From contig CAIVWG010000051.1 of the NCBI GenBank assembly GCA_903909555.1, positions 720 through 64,719 on the forward strand: 64,000 nucleotides of DNA, given 5' to 3'. This DNA comes from an uncultured bacterium. GTDB lineage: Bacteria; Actinomycetota; Actinomycetes; S36-B12. A model generated the notes under the pieces. It searched no databases. It was not told the DNA's origin and worked only from the letters and a program-made list of their open reading frames with translations. How positions within the stretch are numbered: the stretch's first letter is position 1; each line of letters starts with the position of its first letter. Below, in pieces: positions 35,338 through 44,380 of this stretch. Position numbers and translations under genes: made by a program.

Positions 35338-35816
35338 CCGGCCAGGCGGACGATCGCGTCCGCAGCCTGGACGCGATGTCGGCGCCGGAGGTCATCGCAA
35401 CCTTGGGCCTGGAATACCTCGACGGCGAGGGCGTGTGGTTCCGCCTGCTGTGGCGCACCGACCACGGCAACGCCATCTACGGACTGCTCACCCCGGAGGA
35501 CTTCAGCGCCCTGCACGTGCTGAGGGAGGACGAGGCGTGGGTGCATGTCGCGGGAGCGCCGGCGCGGATGCTCCTGCTCCACCCGGGCGGGGCACACGAG
35601 TCACCGGTCCTCGGCACCGACGTGGGCGCAGGACACGTGCCAGTGCTGCGGGTCCCCGCCGGGACGTGGCAGGGAGCGCGGACCTGCGGTGCGTGGACCC
35701 TGGTCGCCTGCACCCTCGCGCCACCCTTCAGCGGATTCACCCTGGCCGGCGCCGACACCGACCTGTCCGAGTGGGACGCCGCGGCGGATGCGATCGCGGA
35801 GCTGGTCCGTGGCTGA
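35334..35816 (+). CDS. DUF985 (cupin_5) family protein
   Basis: GTGA overlap with the deaminase stop. VIATLGLEYLDGEGVWFRLLWRT resembles the DUF985 N-terminal motif as I recall it, 160 aa. Confidence 0.65.
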   Translation: MTGQADDRVRSLDAMSAPEVIATLGLEYLDGEGVWFRLLWRTDHGNAIYGLLTPEDFSALHVLREDEAWVHVAGAPARMLLLHPGGAHESPVLGTDVGAGHVPVLRVPAGTWQGARTCGAWTLVACTLAPPFSGFTLAGADTDLSEWDAAADAIAELVRG

Positions 35817-36501
35817 GCCGCGCGTCGTTCTCGTCACCGGGGCATCCGGCGGCCTCGGCAGGGCGCTCGTCGGCGCATTCGGCGGCGACGTCGTGCTGCG
35901 CCAGTCCCGCTCGGCTGAGCGGGGCGACCTCGTGGGCGACCTCGCCGACGAAGGCGACGTTCGTCGCATGATCGATGACGCGATGTCGCGTCACGGGCGG
36001 ATCGACGTGCTCGTCAACAACGCCGCCGACCAGGGCATCGGAGAAGAGCGTGCCGACCTCGAGCGCTGGCGTTCCATGCTCGACGCGACCCTGCTCACGG
36101 CGGTGCGCGTCACCGACGCGGTGGTGCCGCACATGCCGCCGGGCTCCGCGATCGTCAACGTCTCGTCGGCGGCGGCGACGCACGCGTTCCCCGTCAACGC
36201 GCCCTATGCCGCCGCCAAGTCGGCGCTGGAGGCCTTCACCCGTTCGCTGGCCGTGGACCTCGGGCCGCGCGGGATCCGCGCCAACGCCGTCGCGCCCGGC
36301 CTCATCGCGCGCGACGGCCTCGAGGCGGACTGGCCGGAGGGCCATCGCGCGTGGTCGCAGGGGACTCCTCGGGGAAGCATCGTCAGCGCGCGTGAGGTGG
36401 CGGCTGCCGTGCGCTTCCTGGCCGGGCCGGAAGCATCGGGCATCGCCGGCGTCGTCCTGCCCGTCGACGCAGGATGGTCGGCGAGCGCCCGGCTCACGTG
36501 A
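35809..36501 (+). CDS. SDR-family oxidoreductase
   Basis: GTG 35809 overlaps the cupin gene by 8 nt. VLVTGASGGLGRAL, NNAA, YAAAKSA (YxxxK), 230 aa. Confidence 0.85.
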   Translation: MAEPRVVLVTGASGGLGRALVGAFGGDVVLRQSRSAERGDLVGDLADEGDVRRMIDDAMSRHGRIDVLVNNAADQGIGEERADLERWRSMLDATLLTAVRVTDAVVPHMPPGSAIVNVSSAAATHAFPVNAPYAAAKSALEAFTRSLAVDLGPRGIRANAVAPGLIARDGLEADWPEGHRAWSQGTPRGSIVSAREVAAAVRFLAGPEASGIAGVVLPVDAGWSASARLT

Positions 36502-36706
36502 CCCTCGCAGACCCCGCACGCCCCACGGGTCACTCCCGTTCTCCAGCATGCCTCGTGTCACGCGGCCAGCGCATCACGGGATTGTCACGGCGCGCGCGCA
36601 CCCTGTCGTGGCACCGGCGGGCGGCAATAGGGTGACGGCAGATCCGATCGTGACGCGGCGGCGACGAATGCCCGCTCGCGCACACTCGAAGAGAAGGGTG
36701 CCCTGC

Positions 36707-37798
36707 ATGCATCGCAAGTTCGTTCTCGCGGCCGTAGCCGCGTCCGCGTTGCTCCTGGCCGCCTGCGGCGGCAGCAGCAGCGACTCCGCCAGCAGTGGCG
36801 GCAGCGAGTCCGCCGGCGGGAGCAGCCAGGCGGCCGGTGGCGGCGGCGAGGGCGACTGCCCCGGCGCCGACGCGTTCTGCATCGGCCTCGTCACCGACAC
36901 GGGCAAGGTGGACGACAAGTCGTTCAACCAGTCCGCGTGGGAGGGCGCCCTCGAGGCCGCCAAGGCGACGGGCGGCTACGCGAAGTACGTCGAGACGGTC
37001 GACCCGAAGGACTACGAGAACAACATCAACCAGTTCGTCTCTGCGGGCTACGACGCCATCGTCACGGTCGGCTTCCTCATGGGCGAGGCCAGCGTGGCCG
37101 CGGCCAAGGCCAACCCGAACGTCAACTTCGTGGGCGTGGACCAGTTCCAGGCAGAAACGATTCCCAACCTCACCGGGCTCGTGTTCCCCGAGGACAAGGC
37201 CGGATTCGCGGCCGGGTACCTCGCCGGGCTCATGACCAAGACCGGCAAGGTCGGCGCGGTGCTCGGCACGGACACCGTGCCGCCGGTGAAGCTCTTCGGC
37301 GAGGGCTACAAGGCGGGTGTGCTCGCGGCCAATCCCGAGGCGGAGGTGACCCTCGTCTACCACGCTCCGGACAACGCGTTCAACGATCCCGAGTGGGGTG
37401 CGGCCGAGGCCAAGAAGCAGCTCGCCCAGGGAGCGGACATCATCTTCGGCGCCGGTGGCAACACCGGCAACGGTGCGCTCATCGAGATCGCCAAGGCGCC
37501 CGGAGCCGGGGAGACCATCTTCTGCATCGGCGTCGACACCGACCAGTACGCCACGGTGCCGCAGGCGCAGAAGTGCCTCCTGACATCGGCGGAGAAGAAG
37601 CTGACCCAGGGCACGCGGGATCTCCTCCTGCTCGCCAAGGAGGGCAAGTTCCCCGGTGGCAACTTCCTCGGTCTCACCGGCCTCGCGCCGTTCCACGACA
37701 CTGAGGCGGTCGTGCCGGAGGAGGTCAAGGCCAAGGTCGCCGAGATCGTCGCCGCGCTCGACGCGGGCACCCTCAAGACCGACGTGTCACTGGGCTAG
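36707..37798 (+). CDS. BMP-family (PnrA/Med-like) ABC transporter substrate-binding lipoprotein
   Basis: ATG 36707. Lipobox LLLAAC followed by a Ser/Gly-rich linker. GLVTDTGKVDDKSFNQSAWEG is typical of the BMP family. The long track ORF (35975) overlaps the SDR gene. Confidence 0.88.
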   Translation: MHRKFVLAAVAASALLLAACGGSSSDSASSGGSESAGGSSQAAGGGGEGDCPGADAFCIGLVTDTGKVDDKSFNQSAWEGALEAAKATGGYAKYVETVDPKDYENNINQFVSAGYDAIVTVGFLMGEASVAAAKANPNVNFVGVDQFQAETIPNLTGLVFPEDKAGFAAGYLAGLMTKTGKVGAVLGTDTVPPVKLFGEGYKAGVLAANPEAEVTLVYHAPDNAFNDPEWGAAEAKKQLAQGADIIFGAGGNTGNGALIEIAKAPGAGETIFCIGVDTDQYATVPQAQKCLLTSAEKKLTQGTRDLLLLAKEGKFPGGNFLGLTGLAPFHDTEAVVPEEVKAKVAEIVAALDAGTLKTDVSLG

Positions 37799-37829
37799 TG
37801 CCGACGATGTAACTCACGCACGGAACGCG

Positions 37830-37860
37830 GGAGGGGGTGGCGCAAGGCGCCACCCCCTCC
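37830..37860 (+). terminator. perfect 14-bp GC-rich hairpin (GGAGGGGGTGGCGC-AAG-GCGCCACCCCCTCC) between binding-protein and permease genes
   Basis: Arms checked base by base. It lies 32 nt after the lipoprotein stop and 29 nt before the permease ATG, followed by tcgattcctgtg. It could terminate, attenuate or stabilise the transcript. Confidence 0.55.
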
Positions 37861-37888
37861 TCGATTCCTGTGCAAGGATGCGAGTGCC

Positions 37889-39004
37889 ATGTCGACGATG
37901 GATCCGTCCCGGACCGATCTGGGGTTCACCGACCCCGATCCGCGACGTTCGGGGCCCCTGGATCGCATTCCCTCGATCGTGCTCCCGATCGTGTCGGTGC
38001 TGCTCGCCTTCGCGGTCGGCGCGATTCTCATCTGGCTCCAGGGCGTCAGCCCGCTGCGGGCCTACGCCGTGCTCTTCAGCAATGCCCTCGGCACCCCGGA
38101 AGGGCTCCTGCGGGTGATGGAGAAGTCGACCCCGCTCATCCTCACCGGCCTCGCGGTCACGGTCGGCCTGCGTGCGGGCCTGTTCAACATCGGAGCGCAG
38201 GGCCAGCTGCTCGTCGGTGCGATCGGCGCCGCCTGGGCGGGCTACCACTTCCAGTTGCCCGTGATCGTCCATCTCCCCTTCGCGATCCTCTTCGGCATGC
38301 TCTGCGGGGCGGCCTGGGCCTCGATCGCCGGCGTTCTGCGGGCCTATCGCAGCGTGTCGGAGGTCATCACCACGATCATGCTCAACGCGATCGCGATCGC
38401 CCTGGTGGACTATCTCGCGAGCCAGCCCCTCAAGGAGGAGGGGCAGCCCCTCACCCGCACGCCGGCCATCGCCGAGACCGCCACCCTGCCCGTCTTCGGC
38501 ATCGTGCCCTCAGGCTTCCTCCTCGCGATCGCCGTCGCGGTGTTCTTCGGATGGTTCCTCACCCGCACGACGCAGGGCTTCCGCTTCAACACGATCGGCC
38601 TCAACCCGACCGCGGCCCGCTACGCGGGCATCTCCGTCAAGGGCACGATCGTGCTGGCGATGGCGGTGAGCGGCGCCCTCGCCGGCCTCGGCGGGGCCAT
38701 CGAGACGCTCGGCGTCACCGGGCGGTTCGAGCCTGCCTTCAACGCGGGGCTCGGGTTCGATGGGATCACGATCGCGCTGCTTGCCCGGGCCAACCCCATC
38801 GCGACCATTCCGGCGGCGCTTCTCATCGGCACCATGCGCACGGGCGCTGCGGCCCTGCAGTTCCAGACCGGAATCGAGCCGGAGGTGGTCGACGTCATCC
38901 TCGCGATCACCCTGCTCTTCGTCTCCGCGCCCATCGTGGCGCGACTGCTCTTCCGGAATCGCAACATCAAGCAGACCACCGTGACGTCGGGGTGGGGCTC
39001 ATGA
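37889..39004 (+). CDS. ABC transporter permease (BMP-type nucleoside/sugar system)
   Basis: 371 aa, multi-TM. STPLILTGLAVTVGLRAGLFNIGAQGQ motif is typical of this permease family. Confidence 0.88.
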   Translation: MSTMDPSRTDLGFTDPDPRRSGPLDRIPSIVLPIVSVLLAFAVGAILIWLQGVSPLRAYAVLFSNALGTPEGLLRVMEKSTPLILTGLAVTVGLRAGLFNIGAQGQLLVGAIGAAWAGYHFQLPVIVHLPFAILFGMLCGAAWASIAGVLRAYRSVSEVITTIMLNAIAIALVDYLASQPLKEEGQPLTRTPAIAETATLPVFGIVPSGFLLAIAVAVFFGWFLTRTTQGFRFNTIGLNPTAARYAGISVKGTIVLAMAVSGALAGLGGAIETLGVTGRFEPAFNAGLGFDGITIALLARANPIATIPAALLIGTMRTGAAALQFQTGIEPEVVDVILAITLLFVSAPIVARLLFRNRNIKQTTVTSGWGS

Positions 39005-39975
39005 GGGCCCGCTACGCGTACGCACTCGCGATCATCATTGGCATCGCGATCCTCGTCTTCTACGCCATGGACCAGGTGCGCACCGTGTCCGTGCTCGCGT
39101 TTTCCCTGCGCTACGCCGTGCCCCTCATCCTCGCGGCGATGGTGGGGATCATCTGCGAGCGCAGCGGCGTCATCAACATCGGCATCGAGGGTCAGATGCT
39201 CATGAGCGCCTTCGCCGGCTTCTTCGGCGCGGCCGTGACGGGCAACCTCATCCTGGGGACCCTCATCGGGGTGGGCACGGGCATGATCATGGGCGCCTTC
39301 CTCGCCGTCGGCGCCGTCACGTGGAAGATGGACCAGATCATCGCCGGGACGGTCATCAATATTCTGGCCGTGGGGCTCACCAGCTTCTTCTACGCGCAGG
39401 GCCAGGTCCTGCCCGGGAACACCCCGATCGTCGCCATCCCGGTCCTCTCGGACATCCCTCTCGTGGGGCCGGTGCTCTTCGAGAACGGGCTCTTCACCTA
39501 CGCGGCGCTCATCGTCCCCCTCGTGCTGTGGGTGCTGCTCTTCAAGACGCGCTGGGGCCTGCGCACCCGGGCGGTCGGGGAGAAGCCGAGTGCCGCGGAC
39601 ACCTCCGGCGTCGGAGTGCAGGGACTGCGCTTTTGGAATGTCACGGTCGCCGGCATCCTCGCGGGGATGGCCGGTGCCTACCTCGCCATCGAGGCGACGG
39701 GCACGTTCGAGCGCGGATTCACGGCGGGCCGTGGCTTCACCGCCCTCGCCATCATGATCTTCGGCGCCTGGAACCCCATCGGTGCCCTGGGCGCGGCCTT
39801 CTTCTTCGGGCTCACCCAAGGACTCGCCAGCCAGCTGCAGGCCGACGAGGTGGTCGCCATTCCCCAGCAGTTCATCAACATGCTGCCCTACGTCCTCACC
39901 ATCCTGCTCCTCGCGATCGTCTCCGGCCGGATCAAGCCACCCGCCGCTGTCGGCAAGCCCTATGAGAAGGACTGA
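39001..39975 (+). CDS. ABC transporter permease (second membrane component)
   Basis: ATG 39001 overlaps the upstream stop (ATGA). AVPLILAAMVGIICERSGVINIGIEGQM, 324 aa. Confidence 0.88.
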   Translation: MRARYAYALAIIIGIAILVFYAMDQVRTVSVLAFSLRYAVPLILAAMVGIICERSGVINIGIEGQMLMSAFAGFFGAAVTGNLILGTLIGVGTGMIMGAFLAVGAVTWKMDQIIAGTVINILAVGLTSFFYAQGQVLPGNTPIVAIPVLSDIPLVGPVLFENGLFTYAALIVPLVLWVLLFKTRWGLRTRAVGEKPSAADTSGVGVQGLRFWNVTVAGILAGMAGAYLAIEATGTFERGFTAGRGFTALAIMIFGAWNPIGALGAAFFFGLTQGLASQLQADEVVAIPQQFINMLPYVLTILLLAIVSGRIKPPAAVGKPYEKD

Positions 39976-39976
39976 C

Positions 39977-41500
39977 ATGGGCGAGACGCAGCGGCGCATC
40001 CTGCTCCAAGCCAAGGGGCTCACCAAGAGGTTCCCCGGTGTCGTGGCCAACGAGGATGTGTCCCTCACCGTCCACGAGGGAGAGGTCCTCGCGCTGCTGG
40101 GGGAGAACGGCGCGGGCAAGAGCACCCTCGTCAAGATGATCTACGGCCTCTACGCCCCCGACGAGGGGGTCATCGAGATCAAGGGCGAGCCGGTGAGGCT
40201 CGCCGGCCCGCGCGACGCGATTCGCCGCGGCATCGGCATGGTCCACCAGCACTTCCAGCTGGTCCCCGTCTTCACGGTCGCCGAGAACGTCGTCCTCGGG
40301 GACGAGCCCACCCGGTGGCCCTTCGTCAACATGAGGAAGGCCCGCGCGGAGGTGGCGCGCCTGGCGGAGGAGTTCGGCCTCAAGGTCGATGTCGACGCGC
40401 GCGTGGAAGACCTGCCCGTCGGGACTCAGCAGCGCGTGGAGATCCTCAAGGCCCTGTATCGCAAGGCCGACATCCTCATCCTCGACGAGCCGACCGCCGT
40501 GCTCACCCCGCAGGAGACGGACGACCTGCTGCGGGTCGTCCAGGGCTTCGCCGACAGCGGCGTCGGCGTGGTGTTCATCACCCACAAGCTGCGCGAGGTC
40601 CTCGTGATCGCCGACACCATCGAGGTCCTGCGCGGGGGACGCCAGGTCGGCACGACGACGCCGGACCAGACCGACCAGGCCGGCCTCGCGCAGATGATGG
40701 TGGGACGTGGCGTCCTGCTCTCGGTGGAGAAGGCCCCCGCGCGTCCAGCCGACGTGGTGCTCGACGTGGTCGGCCTGTCCGCCAAGGACGACCTCGGGCT
40801 GCCCGCGGTCCGAGACGTCACCCTCGAAGTCCGGGCCGGGGAGATCCTCGGCATCGCCGGAGTCGAGGGCAACGGCCAGCGCGAGCTGGTGCAGGCGATC
40901 ACCGGGCTGCGCCGCTGCACGGCCGACCGCGTCACCGTGCGCGGGGAGGACATCCTCAACCGGTCGCCCCGCAAGATCCACGACCTCGGCGTCGGGCACG
41001 TCCCCGAGGACCGCGAGGCGGACGGACTGGTCGGCCCCTACTCCGTGGCCGACAATCTCGTGCTCGACCGCTTCGACGAGCCGGAGTTCGCCAGCCGTGG
41101 CGTACGCAAGAGGGGTGCCGTCGATGCCCTCGCCACCGATCTCGTCGGCCGATTCGACATCCGCACGCCGGGCATCTCCACGACGGTGCAGTCGCTCTCC
41201 GGCGGCAACAAGCAGAAGGTCGTCATCGCCCGCGAGCTCGCCGCGGATCCCGTCCTGCTCATCGCCGCGCAGCCGACCCGGGGGGTCGACGTCGGCTCCA
41301 TTGAGTTCATCCACTCCCAGATCGTCGCGGCCCGCGATCGCGGAGCAGCCGTCCTCCTCGTCTCGGCCGAGCTCGACGAGGTACTCGGGCTGTCCGATCG
41401 CATCGCGGTCATGCACGACGGTGAGCTCGTGGCCACGATGCCGGCCGAGGGTGCCGACCGCGCCCGCATCGGCCTGCTCATGGCCGGCCAGGAGGCCTAG
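39977..41500 (+). CDS. ABC transporter ATP-binding protein, duplicated ATPase
   Basis: ATG 39977. Walker A GENGAGKST and second-domain GVEGNGQREL, with signature LSGGNKQKV, 507 aa. Confidence 0.9.
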   Translation: MGETQRRILLQAKGLTKRFPGVVANEDVSLTVHEGEVLALLGENGAGKSTLVKMIYGLYAPDEGVIEIKGEPVRLAGPRDAIRRGIGMVHQHFQLVPVFTVAENVVLGDEPTRWPFVNMRKARAEVARLAEEFGLKVDVDARVEDLPVGTQQRVEILKALYRKADILILDEPTAVLTPQETDDLLRVVQGFADSGVGVVFITHKLREVLVIADTIEVLRGGRQVGTTTPDQTDQAGLAQMMVGRGVLLSVEKAPARPADVVLDVVGLSAKDDLGLPAVRDVTLEVRAGEILGIAGVEGNGQRELVQAITGLRRCTADRVTVRGEDILNRSPRKIHDLGVGHVPEDREADGLVGPYSVADNLVLDRFDEPEFASRGVRKRGAVDALATDLVGRFDIRTPGISTTVQSLSGGNKQKVVIARELAADPVLLIAAQPTRGVDVGSIEFIHSQIVAARDRGAAVLLVSAELDEVLGLSDRIAVMHDGELVATMPAEGADRARIGLLMAGQEA

Positions 41501-41535
41501 CCCCGCGTGCGGGCGGGGTGGGTGACGGGGGTCAC
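41501..41535 (+). terminator. two short GC hairpins after the ABC operon (ccccgc-gtgcgg-gcgggg; gtgac-gggg-gtcac)
   Basis: Inverted repeats read directly after the ATPase stop. Stems are only 6 and 5 bp, so this is weakly supported. Confidence 0.3.
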
Positions 41536-41557
41536 TCACTCGGGCCCAGCCTGAACC

Positions 41558-41575
41558 GACCGGTCCTGACCGGTC
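41558..41575. repeat. two copies of the palindromic octamer GACCGGTC separated by 2 nt
   Basis: gaccggtc ct gaccggtc, ending 21 nt upstream of the metalloprotease ATG. Function unknown. Confidence 0.6.
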
Positions 41576-41596
41576 TTAGCGTGGTCATGACCGCCC

Positions 41597-42340
41597 ATGA
41601 CGACCCGCCCGCCCCTGCCCGCTTCGCCTGCGCCGGCCCTGGCCTCGCGCGGGCCGTCGCGCGTTCTCGTGCTCGCCGTGGCGCTCGTGGCCACGCTGAT
41701 CCTCGCGAGCCCGGCCGCGGCGGCCCCCGCCCCCTCGAGGCTCGCCGACGACCACACCTCGTTCTTCGCCGACGGCCCGCTGGCGGGCAGCGGGTGGTCT
41801 GCCTGCCGCGCCATCACCTGGAGCGTCGACGTCCGGGGCCTGCCCGACGACCGGCGCCGAGCCGAGGTACGCCGCTTCGCGGCCGCCATGGACTCCTGGG
41901 CGTCGGCCGCAGGGCTCGACGTGGACTTCACCGGACGCGAGCGCCTCGACTACGACGCCCGCGCGTACCTGCTCCGCCCCAACGGGCCCCCGCGCGAGCG
42001 CCACGTGTACGTGTCCTTCCTCACCCCCCGTCAGGCCCCCCTGCTCGCGCCTCCGGTGGTCGGTCTGGGCAACCCGTCGCGCGTGATCGCCGAGACCCGT
42101 GAGATCACTGCGGGCGTGGTGGTCTTCCGCAGCGGCTTCGTCGCGGCTGCGGGGCGTCGTGAGCCTGACCGGGTGCGTCACCTCTACCTGCACGAGATCG
42201 GCCACGCGCTGGGTCTGGGCCACGCGGAGTCGACGGCCAACATCATGCATCCGGCGATCGGCACGCGTACCAGCCTCGGACCCGGTGACCGAGCAGGGAT
42301 CCGGTCCCTGGTGCAGGCCTGCCCGGGCACGGCCCAGTAG
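41597..42340 (+). CDS. secreted matrixin-type (M10-like) zinc metalloprotease
   Basis: Signal peptide (VLVLAVALVATLILASPAAAA). HEIGHALGLGH (HExxHxxGxxH) plus a Met-turn (NIMHP), 247 aa. Confidence 0.85.
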   Translation: MTTRPPLPASPAPALASRGPSRVLVLAVALVATLILASPAAAAPAPSRLADDHTSFFADGPLAGSGWSACRAITWSVDVRGLPDDRRRAEVRRFAAAMDSWASAAGLDVDFTGRERLDYDARAYLLRPNGPPRERHVYVSFLTPRQAPLLAPPVVGLGNPSRVIAETREITAGVVVFRSGFVAAAGRREPDRVRHLYLHEIGHALGLGHAESTANIMHPAIGTRTSLGPGDRAGIRSLVQACPGTAQ

Positions 42341-42349
42341 GTTCGGGAC

Positions 42350-43438
42350 ATGGCCGATGCGATTCCCTCCCGGGAGACGCTGAATCGCGCCCCCAAGGTG
42401 CTGCTGCACGACCATCTCGACGGGGGACTGCGCCCGGCCACGGTGGCCGAGCTCGCCGCCGAGACCGGCTACCCCGACCTGCCGGCATCCGACCCGGTCG
42501 CCCTCGCGGCATGGATCCGCTCTGCCGCGGACTCCGGCTCCCTCGAGCGATACCTCGAGCCGTTCCGCCACACCGTGGGGGTCATGCAGACGCCCGAGGC
42601 CCTCGCCCGCGTTGCCTCGGAGTGCGCGCAGGATCTCGCCGCGGACGGGGTGGTGTACGCCGAGGTGCGCTTCGCGCCCGAGCTCCACCTCGAGCGCGGA
42701 CTGTCCCTGGAGCAGGTGATCGATGCCGTGCTCGCCGGCTTCCGCGACGGGGAGCGCGCGGCATCACGGCCGATCCGGGTGGGCGCCCTCCTCACCGCGA
42801 TGCGCACCGCCGCCCGCAGCCGTCAGATCGCCGAGCTCACCGTCGCCTACCGCGATCGCGGCGTGGTCGGCTTCGACATCGCCGGCCGCGAGGCCGGCTA
42901 TCCCCCCACCCGCCACCTGGACTCCTTCGAGTTCCTCCGTCGGGAGAACGCCCACTTCACCATCCACGCCGGCGAAGCGTTCGGGCTGCCCAGCATCTGG
43001 GAGGCGATCCAGTGGTGCGGCGCCGACCGCCTGGGCCACGGCGTGCGCATCGTCGACGACATCCATCGTGATCCGGACGGCACCTACCGCCTGGGCCCGC
43101 TCGCCGCCTACGTTCGCGACCGCCGTATCCCCCTCGAACTGTGCCCGACGTCGAACGTCATGACGGGTGCTGCCCCCAGCATCGCCGAGCACCCCCTGGG
43201 ACTGCTGTCTCGGCTGCGCTTCCGCACGACGATCAACACCGACAACCGCCTGATGTCGGATACGACGATGACCGACGAGATGGCCAAGGCCTGCGAAGCG
43301 TTCGGTTGGGGCCTCGAAGACATGCGGTGGCTCACGGTCAACGCGATGAAGAGCGCCTTCATCCCCTTCGACGAGCGACTTGCGCTCATCGATGACGTCA
43401 TCAAGCCCGGCTACGCTGCGCTCATCGCCCGGTCGTAG
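42350..43438 (+). CDS. add: adenosine deaminase
   Basis: [32 protein letters not shown] motifs, 362 aa. Confidence 0.92.
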   Translation: MADAIPSRETLNRAPKVLLHDHLDGGLRPATVAELAAETGYPDLPASDPVALAAWIRSAADSGSLERYLEPFRHTVGVMQTPEALARVASECAQDLAADGVVYAEVRFAPELHLERGLSLEQVIDAVLAGFRDGERAASRPIRVGALLTAMRTAARSRQIAELTVAYRDRGVVGFDIAGREAGYPPTRHLDSFEFLRRENAHFTIHAGEAFGLPSIWEAIQWCGADRLGHGVRIVDDIHRDPDGTYRLGPLAAYVRDRRIPLELCPTSNVMTGAAPSIAEHPLGLLSRLRFRTTINTDNRLMSDTTMTDEMAKACEAFGWGLEDMRWLTVNAMKSAFIPFDERLALIDDVIKPGYAALIARS

Positions 43439-43466
43439 GCTGCGCAGACCCGACCCTGGAGGATCC

Positions 43467-43763
43467 ATGACGATGACCGAGCAACTGACGGAGCAACTGA
43501 CCGACACCGCCGACCGCGTCGAGGGATTGCGTGGCAACCTGGGACGTGTGCGCATGGTTCTCGATCAGACGGACGCCGTCCTGTCCACCGCGGACGACCT
43601 GCTCGGCCGCACGGACGAGTTCCTCGAGCAGGCCACGGTGACCCTCGAGACGTCGCGGCGCTGGTTCCCGCGTGTCGCCGTCGTCCTCGGCGTCGTTGCT
43701 GTCGCGGGCATCGCGACGGTCGTGTTCATCCGGATGCGTCGCGCGAGCCGCGAGGACTACTAG
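43467..43763 (+). CDS. hypothetical tail-anchored small protein
   Basis: ATG 43467 with GGAGG 4 nt upstream. A helical N-terminal region is followed by one C-terminal TM (VAVVLGVVAVAGIATVVFI), 98 aa. Confidence 0.55.
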   Translation: MTMTEQLTEQLTDTADRVEGLRGNLGRVRMVLDQTDAVLSTADDLLGRTDEFLEQATVTLETSRRWFPRVAVVLGVVAVAGIATVVFIRMRRASREDY

Positions 43764-44380
43764 GCCGTCCCCCCGGGCAGCCGCAGCCGCCACGCCGTCG
43801 TCTCGATAGCGAAGCCGGCCCGCTGGTATGAGCGCAGGGCCGCCTCATTGCCCACGGTGACGACGAGGCCGAGGCTGTCCCACCCCTTCAGCCGCTGAGC
43901 GGCCCAGCGCACGAGTGCCGTGCCCGTGCCCGCGTACCGGGGATCGGGATCGCGCCAGACGTCGCACACCCACGGTCCCTCCCCGGGTCGATCCACCACG
44001 AGGATGCCGCCGTACGCGCGGCCCGCGCGCACGGCGATGGCGCTCGCAGAGCACAGGAGCGGGCCCAGCCTCGCCCCGCGGGTGTAGGGCACGAGGTACT
44101 GGTCCACGAGCGTCTCCCCGCCCTCGAGGTGATCGGGATGTCCGGGCGGGTAGGCCGTGAGGAAGGCAGGGAGCACGTCCGCCCAGGGGACCGGGGGCTC
44201 CGCGTCGGGGGTGAAGGGCCGGAACTCAGCAGCGATGTCGGGTGCGGTCGGCGGTGCTGGCACGGGGAGACGCAGGCGCATCTGGTGGGCGTGCCGCTCG
44301 AGCACCGCTCCTGTCGCGATGAGGGCCTCGGCCTGGTCTCGGCGGTGGACCGAGACGACTCCGGGTGCCTCCTCAGACAC
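43760..44380 (-). CDS. GNAT-family N-acetyltransferase
   Basis: GTG 44380 overlaps the upstream stop by 8 nt. RYAGTGTALVRWA (R/QxxGxG/A) and NEAALRSYQRAGF motifs, 206 aa. Start uncertain. Confidence 0.7.
   Translation of the reverse strand: MSEEAPGVVSVHRRDQAEALIATGAVLERHAHQMRLRLPVPAPPTAPDIAAEFRPFTPDAEPPVPWADVLPAFLTAYPPGHPDHLEGGETLVDQYLVPYTRGARLGPLLCSASAIAVRAGRAYGGILVVDRPGEGPWVCDVWRDPDPRYAGTGTALVRWAAQRLKGWDSLGLVVTVGNEAALRSYQRAGFAIETTAWRLRLPGGTA

Noticed and set aside
36502-36706. The 205-nt spacer before the BMP lipoprotein gene, which has several GTCAC/GTGAC-containing words (cacgggtcac, gtgtcacgcgg, attgtcacggcg, gggtgacggc, cgtgacgcgg).
   Set aside because: The words do not form a consistent spaced repeat or palindrome that I can define, and short GC-rich words recur by chance. 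It remains a plausible promoter/operator region but is unsupported.
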